Positions 36,620-49,341 of a stretch of 64,000 nucleotides of DNA are shown here, one piece after another (positions within the stretch are counted from its first letter, which is position 1; every line of letters starts with the position of its first letter). Below the pieces are notes generated by a model that saw nothing but the letters and a program-made list of their open reading frames with translations, was not told the DNA's origin and searched no databases. The stretch is taken from contig NC_135759.1 in NCBI RefSeq assembly GCF_052425735.1, positions 5,332,001-5,396,000 of the forward strand. The letters are read 5' to 3'. A program made the position numbers and the translations under genes. The DNA comes from Oculina patagonica (Eukaryota).

Positions 36620-38261
36620 CGCCTTAAAGCGACACGCCTAGAAGTTTGTTTTGTTTTGCTTTCGTTTTGGCCCAGTCGCTGCAAGCGCCACATTCGAGCA
36701 ACAGCTATTTAATTCGAAATTTTCGTAGGAATGATTATCCTAACTCACGAAACAACAAATTTAATTTCAATTTGGCAGCCAAAGACTGTTGAATTTCGAT
36801 TGAATTCTTCCATAAATGGACGTACTAAAGTTCTTAGAGCTTGCACATCAAAATAAAATAGGTTTGAAGACGGCTAGCCTTGATTATTTAGTAAAAAGTC
36901 ATATTTTTCTTCAATCATTTGGAGCTACATGGTTTTCCCACGCTGTGACACGCTTCAATGACGCTGTCTCAACTCGGGTAGAAGGGCTGTGAATTCTGCA
37001 TGTAAAGGCGGGCTATGTTTCATCCCTTCTAGCCGGGTAACTCGGTTAGCCGGGGCACCATCCCTCCATGTAAACAGGCCCTAAAAAATTGCTAGGCAGC
37101 GAGCGGTTTGTATTTTTTAAACTCTGAGTCAACTGCCATGTTTGAAGTCTAACTGCAAGTTTGGTTTTGAAGATAAGAAATTGATATTACGGGGTCAATC
37201 TGCCAATGGCCAAAATAGAAAGTAGAAATTATTTTAGAATGGTGTTCTTTTTTATACTAGGTGGGACCACAAAAAGCAATGATCAACATGAGTTTATTTC
37301 GATATACGATGCCGAAACGGAATTGAAAACAAACACAATTCAGCAATTGATGACTAATTACAAAATTTCCAATCAAAGTTTTTTCGCTAAGCACAGGTGC
37401 TAGAAAGTTAAATTAACTGAAAAAGATTTTTATTTCTCATTGGTAAGCTGTAAATCGGTGCAAATAAGGGGAAAACACTTTCCTTTTTTCGACGTTTTTG
37501 CTTGTTTACAAGCTAAAAACGTAGAATAGGGGTTAGTGGACAAAATTTGGAACCACATATTTGTAAACTTTTTTAATTTCTCAAGGGACTGTTTTAATTT
37601 CTCAAGGGATTACTTTCCGCTGTGGGTGATCACTTGCGATCTCGTGAAAAAAACGTGACTTGTCACATTTACAAACGTTATATAACAATTTTAAAAGTGA
37701 CATGTCAGCTTTCTTATCTCAACGCACGTGTGTCTGAAAGGCGATCTATAAAAAGCGTCGCACAAACAATGGATTGCGTAACTAAAACACGAATAAATAA
37801 TCACTAGCACTTACATCGTTTAAAAATTACAAACGTCAAAAATAAACCATACCAAAAAACTCGCTCTTTTCAAAGATATTATTGAAGTTAAAACAAATGC
37901 AAGAGATGGGGGCTTCTTTTAGCTTAGGAGCGGTTAAAAATTAGGCCAAATTTGGTCGCTACATGTAAGCGCAACTCTATTTCGTCATCAGCCTAGGTCG
38001 TTAGGGACGTGACCTCGCGTTGACAGGGAATGACAGCAATGTTGCATGAATCGGCTTTACAACATGCGATCGTATCTACGCAGTTCGAGTGGAATTTCAG
38101 TCAAAGACAGCAAAATTCTTTTGTATTTAATCTTCAAATATAATTCGAAAGCATTCACTGTATATATGGCTTTTGTTTAATCCTGGGTCTTGATATCCGA
38201 CCCTCGCAGAGCCTAGACAAAACGCAGCTTGAGTGTAACGATTTGTTTACGCCCCAATTAT

Positions 38262-39171
38262 TAGCCTGCGTGGCCGGCGTTCAAAGGGGAAGGAGAAGGG
38301 GAGTTCGAGCGCGAGGTGCGAGGAGAGAGCGCGAAGCGCGATCGGGGAAGGGGGGAAGGGGAACGCCTGCCCTGACGCTATTGTTTTTGTCGTTTTTTAC
38401 GTCCAGATTCTGGACGCAAAAATCGTGATTGGTCAGAATTTATAGAGTGTGAAAATTGATTGTTCTGATCAGTCAGATGTATGTCATTCAATCGATTAAT
38501 TTGATGGCTGTGGTCTGTTCTCAACTTTCATTCAATGCAGAGGAATTCAATGGCGAATGTTATGAGCGATTTCTCTGCGAAGCGGTTGATTCTTTGAAAG
38601 AAATCGGCCGTTGTAGGATTTAGTATCAAACTACTGAATTTGCGAAAAAATTATAACAAGTTATAGCAGCCGGTAACCGCTACACGCTGTGAATTATAAA
38701 GTTGTTTGGGTCACGGCCGGTTGCAATCCGACGCCATAAACTCCAACACCGGAAACGCTGCTTGATTGAAATACATGTTCTCTTAGTCTCATAACGGCAA
38801 CTTTCGTAACAAATCCGCAGTTGAAGAGTGCAAGGAAGATATATCTGACCTGATCTACCATGAAAAGATTTTGTTTTGCCATATTTCTGACAAGAAGACG
38901 AGAAGAAAAGAATTAGATAGGCAGTTCAAATGGTGAAGGGTTTTATTCCCCGCGAAAATCGGCACCAATCAGATTGGATAATTTTGACAGCCACACGTAA
39001 AACAGAGGGCAAGCAGATGACAAGTATTTTTAGGGGCGGTATGAAAAAAACAATAGCGTCAGGGCAGGCGTTCCCCTTCCCCCTTTTCCGATCGCGCTTC
39101 GCGCTTTCTCCTCGCACCTCGCGCTCGAGCTCCCCTTCTCCTTCCCCTTTGAACGCCGGCCACGCAGGCTA
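38262..39171. mobile_element. MITE with long TIRs and a 9-bp TSD (Academ/AcademH-like; MULE not excluded)
   Basis: TSD CCCAATTAT (38253-38261, 39172-39180); TIR over 100 bp beginning TAGCCTGCGTGGCCGGCGTTCAAAGGGGAAGGAGAAGGGGAG. Confidence 0.88.
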
Positions 39172-41111
39172 CCCAATTATATGCGCAATGTTTTCTCCGA
39201 CAGTAGTCGGAAATATCCGTATTTTTTTTCGTGCTTTTTCGTGGAGCAATCGTAACGATACGGCCTTCAACACATTGAACAGCGGTCTACCCGGCTATAA
39301 CAATTCAAATATGGCGTCGCAAAAACAAAGCGTCGAACGCGTATTTTGCTGTTTCATTTGCTAATTTCGCTGCCGTAATCGACTGCCTCGAAAGGTCCTT
39401 GCAATTTTAAAGTATAGAATTGTCAGATCTCGGTGAAATTTGCACTGTTTATTTGTGTAATGTTAAGGAATATGTGTATAAATACCCGGCGCGGACGAGC
39501 CATTTTTGACAAAATTATATGGCTGCATTTCCTCCGCGAAGATAGGAAATTGTTAAACTAAACTACAAAAAAATGATAAGTTCGAAGAACAATGCACAGG
39601 ATAAACCTTCGACTCATACTTCATGCAAAAACGTCGACATCTCGAAGAGACTTTGATTAGTATAGACTTTAATTCAAGTCATTCCTTTTCCATTTTAATC
39701 ATCAAATTCAAATAGTAAAAAATTGATAAATTTGAATATATTCATTGTGTTTCCTTCTCCATCAAATTATTTCAAATACTTATTGATGTGATCAAAAAAC
39801 ATCGGTGCTTTAGAAGTGAAAATTGGAATTGAAATTTAGGACAGATCAACAAACCGTCAAAAAGCTTCAATATATAAATATTAAGTTGAAAATTTTAAAA
39901 TTTAATTATTAAACGAAGAGTTGTTTCCTTCCTATTCGTTTGCTCTCGGTGAGTAACAAATTGTAAAACAGGCTTTTAACACGCATTTCATCTGACTGCC
40001 GGGTGATTTGCATAATAATTATGTTAAGAAGCTACATTAAATATTAAAAAAGGCAATAAGTCACAACTCGCTCAAAATGGATCAACCTTATTGTCCAAGA
40101 CTGGCCAAATAATAACTTGTCACGATGCAGCTGCTGCGAACTGTTTAATGTAAACATTTTATGCTTATATTGCACCGAGCGACTTCACACTATTCAGTAC
40201 AAGACCAGTAGAGGATCTGAGACAATTGCTATCCGGTTTTTAGGTACTTTAAATGTTGGTTATGGTATTTGGAAATAAGAAAGTAATATTAGCAAGTTAT
40301 AAGACCGAAATTTGTCAAAAATGAAATCCCGCATCCTGCTACAACAAAAACAATGCAACGATCGACGATGGCTTAAGAACTGTTATCGCGTATGCTGTAT
40401 ACTTAAATTTGTTACTGCGTTTTTTGCAGAGGCGTCCATAACTTCATTTTACTGTGGTTTCTTTCGATTGTTTAAAAGAAAAAGAGGAAAGCAAGGCCAC
40501 AAAAAGGTTAGGAAATTTATACTGGAATGATTGAAGAAAGAACTGAATCCCCCTCACGAATAACTCCAACTTTCAAGTAATACAAACAAAGCTAACCGGA
40601 GTGATCAATTATTGATTTATTGTCAAAGCGAATAGAGATTGATTATTTTTTTACTAAATTTCGATAAAATTGTAGCCAATGCATGCAATAGAAAAATAAA
40701 ATCGGATGTAACTTTCAGAAATTGTTTATTAGCGCCCGGCAGATAATTATACTAGTTTAGGGATTATTCCTGAAAAGCGATATGAATCGTTTGTAGATTT
40801 ACAGTCCATATTTTTAGAGAAGTCAAGTTCCCTAAAGCGAAAGATAGGAAATGTTCGTTGTAACATCAGATGTTCTGTTGCTATACGCTGAGAAAAGTAA
40901 AACTATATTATTTAAATAATACTCCTTCTGGACAAATAATTCTCACCGCACTCGCGTTTTCAAAAGCTCGAAATGATTTTTCTCACTTTAACTGCTTACT
41001 TCTTTATCACCAGGAAAACATATCTGAACTGTTACGCCACTCGCTGTGAAACAAGAGAAGATTATATTTACCTGACAAGCCTTGGACTGGGCTGATAATT
41101 GGCAGAAAAAT

Positions 41112-42032
41112 ATGACAAATTTAACTGAAGATGGAAACCACACGCCAATTCAAGCATTATTTTGCACGGCAGGATTTTATGGCATGCATCAAAAGATATA
41201 TATTTCAGCAATCAATATTCCTCTATCCGTCGCTGCATTTCTAGGGAATGCCCTGATCATTGCTGCTTTTCAAAAGGTGTCGTCCATTCATCCACCATCG
41301 AAACTTTTGCTCCAGTGCCTTGCGATCACTGATCTCTGTGTTGGTCTTCTTACCCAGCCCATTTACGTCAGCTATCTAATGCTTTCAGAACACGCGAAAC
41401 ATTGCTACTATCTTAGCATCATTTTATATGCCATAGGCGGGACATTTTGTGGGGTGTCTTGCTTAACATTGACTACTGTGAGCGTAGACAGGCTTCTCGC
41501 TCTTATTTTGGGCCTAAGATACAGACGGGTGGTGACTCTAAGACGTGTACGGTTCCTTTTTGCTACGTTTTGGCTTGGAAGCGGTGCCACTGCAATGATA
41601 TTATTTTATGACTTGCGAATTGTTATAGGCATCATTTCGGTAGTACTGTTGCTATGTATTTTTACATCAACTTTCTGTTACGCGAAAATTTATCACACAC
41701 TTCGCCATCAACAAACTCAAGTACAAGACCATCTACACCAAGGACAACCCAACGGTGTAGAAATTCCACTGAATATAGCACGATATAGGAAGACAGTGTC
41801 TAGTGCACTGTGGGTGCAAATAGCGTTACTGGCTTGCTATCTTCCGTATGGTATGGTAGCAGGTTTAATCTTTGTCAGTGGATCACAAACGCCATCTCTT
41901 TACTTTGCTTTGGATGTAACAGTGTCTCTCCTTTATTTCAACTCTACTCTGAATCCATTTCTCTATTGTTGGAAGATCAGAGTGGTAGGAAAAGCAGTGA
42001 AGGACACAATCCGAAGGTTTTGTTGTTTATAA
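41112..42032 (+). CDS. Class A (rhodopsin-like) GPCR, melanocortin/adenosine-receptor-like cnidarian group, about 306 aa, single coding exon
   Basis: GNALI (TM1), LAITDL (TM2), SVDRL (TM3), CYAKI (TM5), CYLP (TM6), NSTLNPFLY (TM7); ATG 41112 (MTNLT, N-glycosylation sequon); possible 5'UTR acceptor near 41013. Confidence 0.93.
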   Translation: MTNLTEDGNHTPIQALFCTAGFYGMHQKIYISAINIPLSVAAFLGNALIIAAFQKVSSIHPPSKLLLQCLAITDLCVGLLTQPIYVSYLMLSEHAKHCYYLSIILYAIGGTFCGVSCLTLTTVSVDRLLALILGLRYRRVVTLRRVRFLFATFWLGSGATAMILFYDLRIVIGIISVVLLLCIFTSTFCYAKIYHTLRHQQTQVQDHLHQGQPNGVEIPLNIARYRKTVSSALWVQIALLACYLPYGMVAGLIFVSGSQTPSLYFALDVTVSLLYFNSTLNPFLYCWKIRVVGKAVKDTIRRFCCL

Positions 42033-42049
42033 AGTTGTTAATTATGAAC

Positions 42050-42334
42050 AAGAGCGGTTTTCACTTGAGTGTCGCAAGTAATTTGCGTTTGCTTTGGTTA
42101 AGCACTACTACGTTTAGTGATTGGTTTAAAAATCTCGCGCCACTTTCTCAGCCAATCAGAACTAAAACCAAAACCAATCGTGTCTCGCTCACGCACGTTT
42201 TCCCGCGCTTCGTGCCAGCCACTTGTATTTACTTCGAATTTTGATTGGCTGACTGGATTGTCTGTGTCCTTTGTGATTGGCCAGAGTAATTACTTTGGTT
42301 TTGGTTTTACGACACTCAATTGAAAACTGCTCTA
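42050..42334. mobile_element. hAT-like MITE in the GPCR 3' region
   Basis: AGAGCGGTTTTCACTTGAGTGTCG / CGACACTCAATTGAAAACTGCTCTA; degenerate 8-bp TSD TTATGAAC / TCATGTAC. Confidence 0.8.
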
Positions 42335-42971
42335 TCATGTACAGCATACCCCGTATCAAAAGTAGATCATTTATAGTTATTTATTTATAATAAAGCATCT
42401 CTGGGCTAAAACAGAGAACAAACCTAGTCCTTACTTCATTTTACTTCACACTTCACACTAGACACTAACAATTAACACTTTGCACTTAGCTTAGAGGTTA
42501 TGTTGGAATTATTTTGTATAAATACTACCAGGTAGGAAAGACGGGGGAAGAGAGAGAGAGTGGGGGGGGGGGGGGGGGGGGACTAGATTTGAGCTTCCAC
42601 ACACTTTGGCCAGACTGGTCACCGTTATGTCCGGCAAACTTCAAAGGAGCAATCAAAATGCAAATAGCTATTGTGTTTTGTGCACGGTCAAGACCAAAAC
42701 ATGCGAAATCAACAATAATCTTTGTCAAGCAATTCACTACGCCCTTAGCAACCATTCGATAGCTACTGCGCAGTCTCGGTTGCCCGGCACCGCTATGACC
42801 ACTTTTTGAGTCGTGTAACAAAGTAAGTTCCCCCCCCCCCCCCCCCCCCCTCGGTCTATTACACACGCTGGTCAGGGAAAGGTTTGTGGATCCTGAGAAG
42901 TTACACAACCTCTCCACCTCCACCTTGTTATGGAGCCACCTGGATGTGTGCACCACTCTCTGCACTGTCAG

Positions 42972-43566
42972 TAGGGCTTTCCACAAGTTGCTCGGCAACT
43001 TTTTGGCAACTTTTCATGTTTCGAGCAACTTTTTCCCCTTCGAGCAACTTTTTTCCTCTCGAGCAACTTGAGCAATTTCCATATCGAAGATCTCCGAAGA
43101 TTATCCGAGTGTTGTTCAAAGGCAATACGAACGTTTCCGAAGATTTACGAAGTTTGCCGAAGATTTCCGGGGAATTTCTGAAGACGTTTCAACTTTCGGC
43201 TCATTCTGCATTAAAACATTTCAAAACTCGTCATCAAAAATGACGTCCGATATCTTCACGATTTTTCTCAGTTAAAGAAATCCTTGTTTTTTAACAAATT
43301 TTCCCCTTAATATGTTATTTAGATACTTCTTTTGCTGTAAAATTGCATAAAATTGTTTAGAAATTTTACCCTTAAAGGGAAATAAGCATATATTTAGAGA
43401 AATTCTCTTGATTAGAAGCAGCGTTTTGGATTTTTTGGAGCAACTTTCGAGCAACTTTTATTATCAGAAGCAACTTTTTCGGATTTTTGGAGCAACTTTT
43501 GAGCAACTTTTTGAGAAATTACGGGCAACTTTTGGGGAAATCTCGAGCAACTTGTGGATAGCCCTA
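42972..43566. mobile_element. hAT-type MITE
   Basis: Perfect 8-bp TSD ACTGTCAG; TIR TAGGGCTTTCCACAAGTTGCTCG / CGAGCAACTTGTGGATAGCCCTA; GAGCAACTT subterminal repeats. Confidence 0.93.
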
Positions 43567-44156
43567 ACTGTCAGGATAGATCATAACATCCAGGGAGTTA
43601 TATTATCTGTGATTAGCATCTTGGGGCTGATATTTGGCAAGAGGGAAAAATTGTGCATCACGAATACGGTTTCGCTTTATATTTAAAAACTATTTGAGAG
43701 TCAAAGACGTCTGTCCAACATATAAGCATTTTCATAAGTTTAATTTTGACTCCTCTGACCCCCTGTAAACTAGTGTATAATGTTTTAAAAACTACCAAGA
43801 AGGGTTATATTTGATAGAGTATCTCAACAGTTATTCAAAGCAGTGTAGGTTAAGGTGGGTAAAGTCTGCATACGAGACCAGTGGCCCATCAGGCAAGAGT
43901 TAGTCCCGAATTTAGTAGCAGGATGCAATGCTTGTCAATCGCGTAAAGCAGTGATCGGAGGTGAATAAAATTAGTTGTTACGTTTTAGTATATTGGCTCG
44001 GCGGAATTGAAACTAAACTGAAATTTATGTGACAGCATATTGACCTGTCACACCTTTTTTTTTACTTGTGTGGGGGCATGATAATTTTGTTCTATGAAAC
44101 CATAGTGAAAGTCGCTCTGCCTAATGTATTGAGTCGAGCGTTTTTAACCCCTTTAA

Positions 44157-45144
44157 GGTGGCTCCATGGGGTTTCTTGACCGCGCGAAGAATGGGTACGA
44201 AAGGGCGAGCTTGAAATGCCGGCAAATCAAAACAAACATGGCGTCTTCACGCGAGCGTGAAATTTTCGGCGAGAAAACGCGAGACTTGCTTCCTGCCAAT
44301 GAAACAACATCCGTGCTTTCCTGTGTGGATCAGATAAAAGAGTTTACAACACCCTAAAAAGGTGTTTACAACGTCCGCGGTGCTTCTGGCCGCTTTTGTA
44401 AAGTTCGTACGATCGAAAGTAAAAGAGAAAATAAAGAATAGTCTCCGCAATTGTGAGATACTTCGAGCAGAATTTCAGAGATTCTGCTACATAAAGGATT
44501 AAGGTATGTCTCTAACTAACCTTTGGGTTAACAGATATTCGCACAAAAACCGACAAAAACGGGGAACGCTCGTCTTTACACATCAACTCGTATGGTTCGA
44601 AAGTTCGCGCATGCTCAAATAACGATCTTGGACAATTTCTATTCTGATGACGTAATTGTTATTCGGGCGAAAATAGAAAATTTCCCCTGGTATTTACTAG
44701 AGTTTCCTTCGGTGAAATTCCTTAAAATTTGGCATAGATGTGATACCTTTTTAACTGCCCTTTTTGCCGTTTTTTAAAAAAAATTTGTAAGACAGTTTTT
44801 TCGCTTAGTCAAAAAAACACAAAATAACCAAAAACGCAAAAACGACCTGGACAACCTCTACTTTTTTTGTTTTTAAAAGTTACTTCTCATCAGTTTCAAT
44901 CCGTTGGGAGAATTCCAAAAATTTTCACCGAAGAAAATTAAAGAAATTTATAAGCCCACCATAAACCCCTTATGAAGTTGTATAAGCCCAGGGCTTATAA
45001 CCGGAATTTTACGGTATTTTAGTCTTTGCTTTTAATATTTCGGCAGCTTTTATGTAACTAGTTTAAAAAATAACGCGAAAATGATCTCTTGATGGATATC
45101 ACTTGTGCGCGCGCCGTATTATCTCAAAACCCTATGGAGCCACC
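44157..45144. mobile_element. Kolobok-like MITE
   Basis: TTAA TSD; TIR GGTGGCTCCAT / ATGGAGCCACC; contains a MITE end fragment at about 44950-45016. Confidence 0.85.
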
Positions 45145-45509
45145 TTAAATTCCCTTTTAAATGCCATCGACCTAAACATAGCAAGGCTGTTATTGACTTA
45201 CACTAAGTCTATTTTTACATCTTTTCTAACTACAAATTTCGCCTTTTAAACATTCATCTCTGGTATAACCTTATTTGGTATGTGTACATTTATGTAAATT
45301 AAACAGTGTAAAATTGAAATCTGTACTTTAAACTCAGGCTAGCTTCTCCCTTACAATTACTCTTGCGCAGGCCAATCACAAATTCAGGACTTTTGTATTG
45401 CAGTTGCTTAATGGATGAATGCAATATTAGGTGACGATGCCACTCAGTCTAAAAAAACGTATAAAGTTGTTATTCCTTTATAAAGAGAATGAAGTGGTTT
45501 TTGATTTTT

Positions 45510-48416
45510 TCACTGTTCGCTTCTGTTTTCAAAGAGACTTTTAAGAGGTCCTGGGAAGCTGTAACTAAACATCTCCAAGGTGGGCCTGTATATCTCACCT
45601 AAGATGTTGATCCATTTTAAGGGAATCTGCGAGTAGTAACTGAGCATAGAAGAAGCTGTATTGGAAACATTTTGTGCGTGAGCATTAAAACCCTTAGCAT
45701 GTTTAGGTGATAACCCCGCTGCCTTTTTAAAATCTTCTATATCTTGATTGAAGGTTTCGTAATGACCAATGAAGTCGTATTTCACAGCACACATGCCACA
45801 TGTGTGGAGGTAATTATCCCAGTGCCAGTCCATTATCGGGCTGCTCTCGTTGCTTCCTTTATTCACCAAATATTCGACAAATTCACGGAATGTGATGTCA
45901 TCGAGCTTTTCAAGCGCATGCTCGGTAGCATTCGGCCGGAAATGCTTAAGAATTTCGCGTCCATGAAGTTTCAACATTCGACGGTCAACACTTCGGATGT
46001 GAACAAACTTGTCTTTGTAGGCGGAAAGAAGGCGCTCGAAAGGCTCGCGAACAAACGTGAACTTGAAATATGTTTTTAGCATGCGATCTTGTTGGTCTTG
46101 TGGGTAGCGCTTAAGTGTCTCATGTGGTGGTCCATCCGTAAAACGAAGCAGCATTCTCCTCCACAATCTGGAACTGACTTTTGGTGTCACACAGTAGAGA
46201 ATTTTTAGAGATTCAATCACGTCAAGGTGACGAGGGACCGGCATGGTATTATGACCTGTCTTCTTACAGTACTCCTCAATCAGCCTTTTTCTTTCGTTTT
46301 GTCTGGCTTCCATTAAAGGGTACATGTGAACGGCTTTTGATACCTAAATAAATAAGCGAACAAACAAATAAGCAATATGTACTTAGAATACGTTAGGACG
46401 TTTCGCGATTCGATCTGTGACATCGTTTCCAAATGATGACAAAAAAGTAACAGCTTGGGCGTAAATTGGGTTCACAGGCAGAACTACTTAAAAGACATCC
46501 TCGGAGACCCAGGACAACCAGGGGCAGTTAGTGGGGAAGAGGAAAAGGCGAAACTGCGGGAAAAGCATTGGCTAAGAAAAGTTGGAGCGATAAAAAGGTG
46601 CCCCTAGGGAAAGAGTCTTACCAGGCCAGTTGGAAACAACTCTCTTAATGCTGCCCCCTGATCGAACTGGCCTGGTAAGACTCCTTCCCCTGGGGCACCT
46701 TTCAATCGGTCCAACTTTTGTTATTCGATTTTTTCCCGCCGTTTTGCCTTTATCTCTCCCCCACTAATTGCCCCTGGGTTTCCGAGGATGCTCAAAGGAT
46801 GATTTTCGTCCAAGTTTATTTACTCCATTAGATTGAGCGGTGAGGAGAGCTAAATCTGTACATATGATAGGAAAATAGAAAACGGTTAAAACTAAACAAA
46901 GAAAAAATAATGACAAGAATATCCCACAACTTCATCTTATTCTGCACATCCGCGGAATAATAAATACCCTGACAAGGTTAGCTGCTATACAAGAGAGGAG
47001 AGGGTGGTATAATTTCTGGTGCAAAGAGTTATTTGCATGTAGCCGATTCTTACTTGATTTCAGAGTGCTATTAATAATCATTTTACCAAATTAACATTTG
47101 AAGGAAGTACCAAGAAACCAAACTGAGAAGGTGCGTGCGTGAGTGAAATAGGTGAGTGAAAGTACAAAATTTGCGTGTCCATAGACATCTCCTTCATACC
47201 TAAAGATAACGTGACTACGAGTCTCAAAGCAGTGTGACATACCTGTAAATCTAAGTCCACTTTCTTCAGCGTGGGATCATAACTTTGTGCGGAGTCAAGA
47301 TTCATGCGAACTTAAGAAGAGGAAAGAATTACTATTTAACTAACAATAGTTGATAGGCTTCATACAGCCGCTGTTTATAGGGGAGAGCGGGGAAAAGACG
47401 GGGAAATGTAGGCGCTGCTTCGGCTGAAAGGGGAGAGATCTGGTCTTGGTCTTGCCCGACCAAGCGGTTTGTAAATTTAATACAGAATATGTATTTCTTA
47501 ATTTTGTTACGGAATGGGACCGATTGCTTTCATCAAGCTACCTTGCACATGTTGCATATTTATTTCACAAGTCCGATACGATATTCGCGTCGCGTAATTA
47601 TCCATAAAGATAGGCTCCTCATATTGTATCTATCACCTTTAAGTCATGATCATTTCCTCGGTGATGCATTTTAATTACACAATTAACATCTAGAGGTAAA
47701 AAAATAGAGTATTAGTATATTATTACTATTTCGATACGAAGCCTGAACTACTTGAAATTTTTAAAATCTCTTACTGACTGCATACAGTTTTGAAGGTCAA
47801 TCTCAAAGCTAACTATAAAAAAATTGATGATCTTTCTTTACTCGTTAATATTATGATTTTGTAACTGAGAATAAATTATATCATCGGCTACCACTTGAAC
47901 TCGCAGCTCTATTGTACCTTTTATGCTAGTGCCCTATTTGTCTCCATAATAGTGTTTCAGATATATTACAGGAGTGCTGTTTGGCTCAACCGTATAGCTT
48001 TCACAACTCATATAGTTCTTTCTATAATTTAAACATTACACATGTTTGAAAGGGTATTTTAGTGTCTTGATTACAGTACGATCTCAGCGATGATGTTTTA
48101 CGAGGATAATCTCACTACTTTTAATTTTATCGTTTTCACTCGCTAAAGCTAAGCCTCCGTGTTGTTAAATTAATAAAGTACCCCGCTTCATTAACTGTAC
48201 AACGGCAAATGAATTATGAAGACGAGAGTGTACTACGTTTTCAAAGCACCAGTTTTCGAGGAACCTTACGGTAATGACTGAAAAAAAGAAAAATGACTTA
48301 CTCGAGGATATAATATTATCTTGAGTTTTCTTTCTTTGGAATCCTTTGTACGACAAGAGGAGGATCACAGCAATAAAAACAACAAACAGCAACGCGATTT
48401 TAAACCTCGTCTTCAT
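45510..48416 (-). CDS. Carbohydrate sulfotransferase (Sulfotransfer_2, CHST8-14-like), paralogue 1, about 338 aa; exons 48416-48302, 47310-47243, 46343-45510
   Basis: Type II TM anchor in exon 1; GT-AG introns with compatible phases (1, 0); 5'-PSB YCVTPKVSSRLW, 3'-PB FVREPFERLLSAY, DWHW, C..C..KYDFIGHYE. Confidence 0.92.
46496..46790. mobile_element. Palindromic MITE in intron 2 of sulfotransferase paralogue 1
   Basis: CATCCTCGGAGACCCAGG / CCTGGGTTTCCGAGGATG; whole element is a hairpin; degenerate 9-bp flank duplication; absent from the paralogous intron near 50770. Confidence 0.82.
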
Positions 48417-48579
48417 CGCAACCAAGATGGAATATCGGTGGGTCTGAGTCGCATTTCATTAAAACTAAGCCACGTTCATCATAATCATGCCCCAAAGGTA
48501 CTAACCCTGCACCATAGAAACGAATTTAGTGAAGTGAATAAAGAAATGACATTAAATTTGTTGCGTACACCCAAACTTA

Positions 48580-49341
48580 AGGCTGGCTCTCGCATAATCG
48601 TCCCTATCGTTTCTATCGCTGCTGTCACTTCAAAAAGTGGACTTGCGATCGGGGCGATTATATAAGAACATTACACAGATGATGGCTAACGTCTGCGGCG
48701 ATTGGGGCGACCACGGTCGCTTTGATCGCCCGTGTTCTTTTCGGGTGATCGGTCGCAGACCGCGGCGATCGCGAACGGTTATATGAGAACAACTCATTCA
48801 CGCAGGGAGACGATTAAAGCGATCTAAACTGTCCCATGGTGCATCAATATTATACCCAGAACTGAACGGCCTTACAACCAAAATTACCGCGAAAACAATA
48901 GAGTTAAAACAAAGCCTTGTTCATGAAAAAAGTCTAAACAACTTTTCGAAGAACTTTATTAATTAAGTACTGGTTAGGTTGAACATTTGAACAGCTATAC
49001 GAGGGATGGTACGGTTCCATCTCTTCCTGTTTCTTTTAATATTTCTACTTTAAATCCAACACTACGTTTTCATCTAGCTTCTCTTTCCCTTCTTCGCCGT
49101 AAATGTGCAATAATAAGAAAATAGGAGGCCACGAGTTTTCCTCTTTCATTGAAGGCCACCATTGTGTCTGGCGCTAAAAGGATTGTTTTTCTTTATTTTA
49201 GGCCTTTACCGCGCTCTTCGCTTATTCCAAGCTTATCGGGAAGATTATATGAGAACCCCCTTATCGCTTGAAATTGCTTGTATCGCCTCCGATCGTCTCA
49301 GTGGTTGCAAACGATCGGGGCGATTTTATGAGAACCAACCC
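48580..49341. mobile_element. PIF/Harbinger-like MITE, family A, copy 3 (opposite orientation)
   Basis: Homologous to 1167-1802; about 160 bp upstream of the paralogue 1 ATG; absent at the equivalent site near 54975. Confidence 0.8.

Larger units (their letters stand above)
28521..37081. mobile_element. PIF/Harbinger MITE expanded to 8.6 kb by nested insertions
   Basis: About 50-bp TIR GGTCCTGTTTACATGGA..GGTGCCCCGGCTAACCGAGTTACCCGGCTA / TAGCCGGGTAACTCGGTTAGCCGGGGCACC..TCCATGTAAACAGGCCC; flanks TCA and TAA. Confidence 0.8.
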
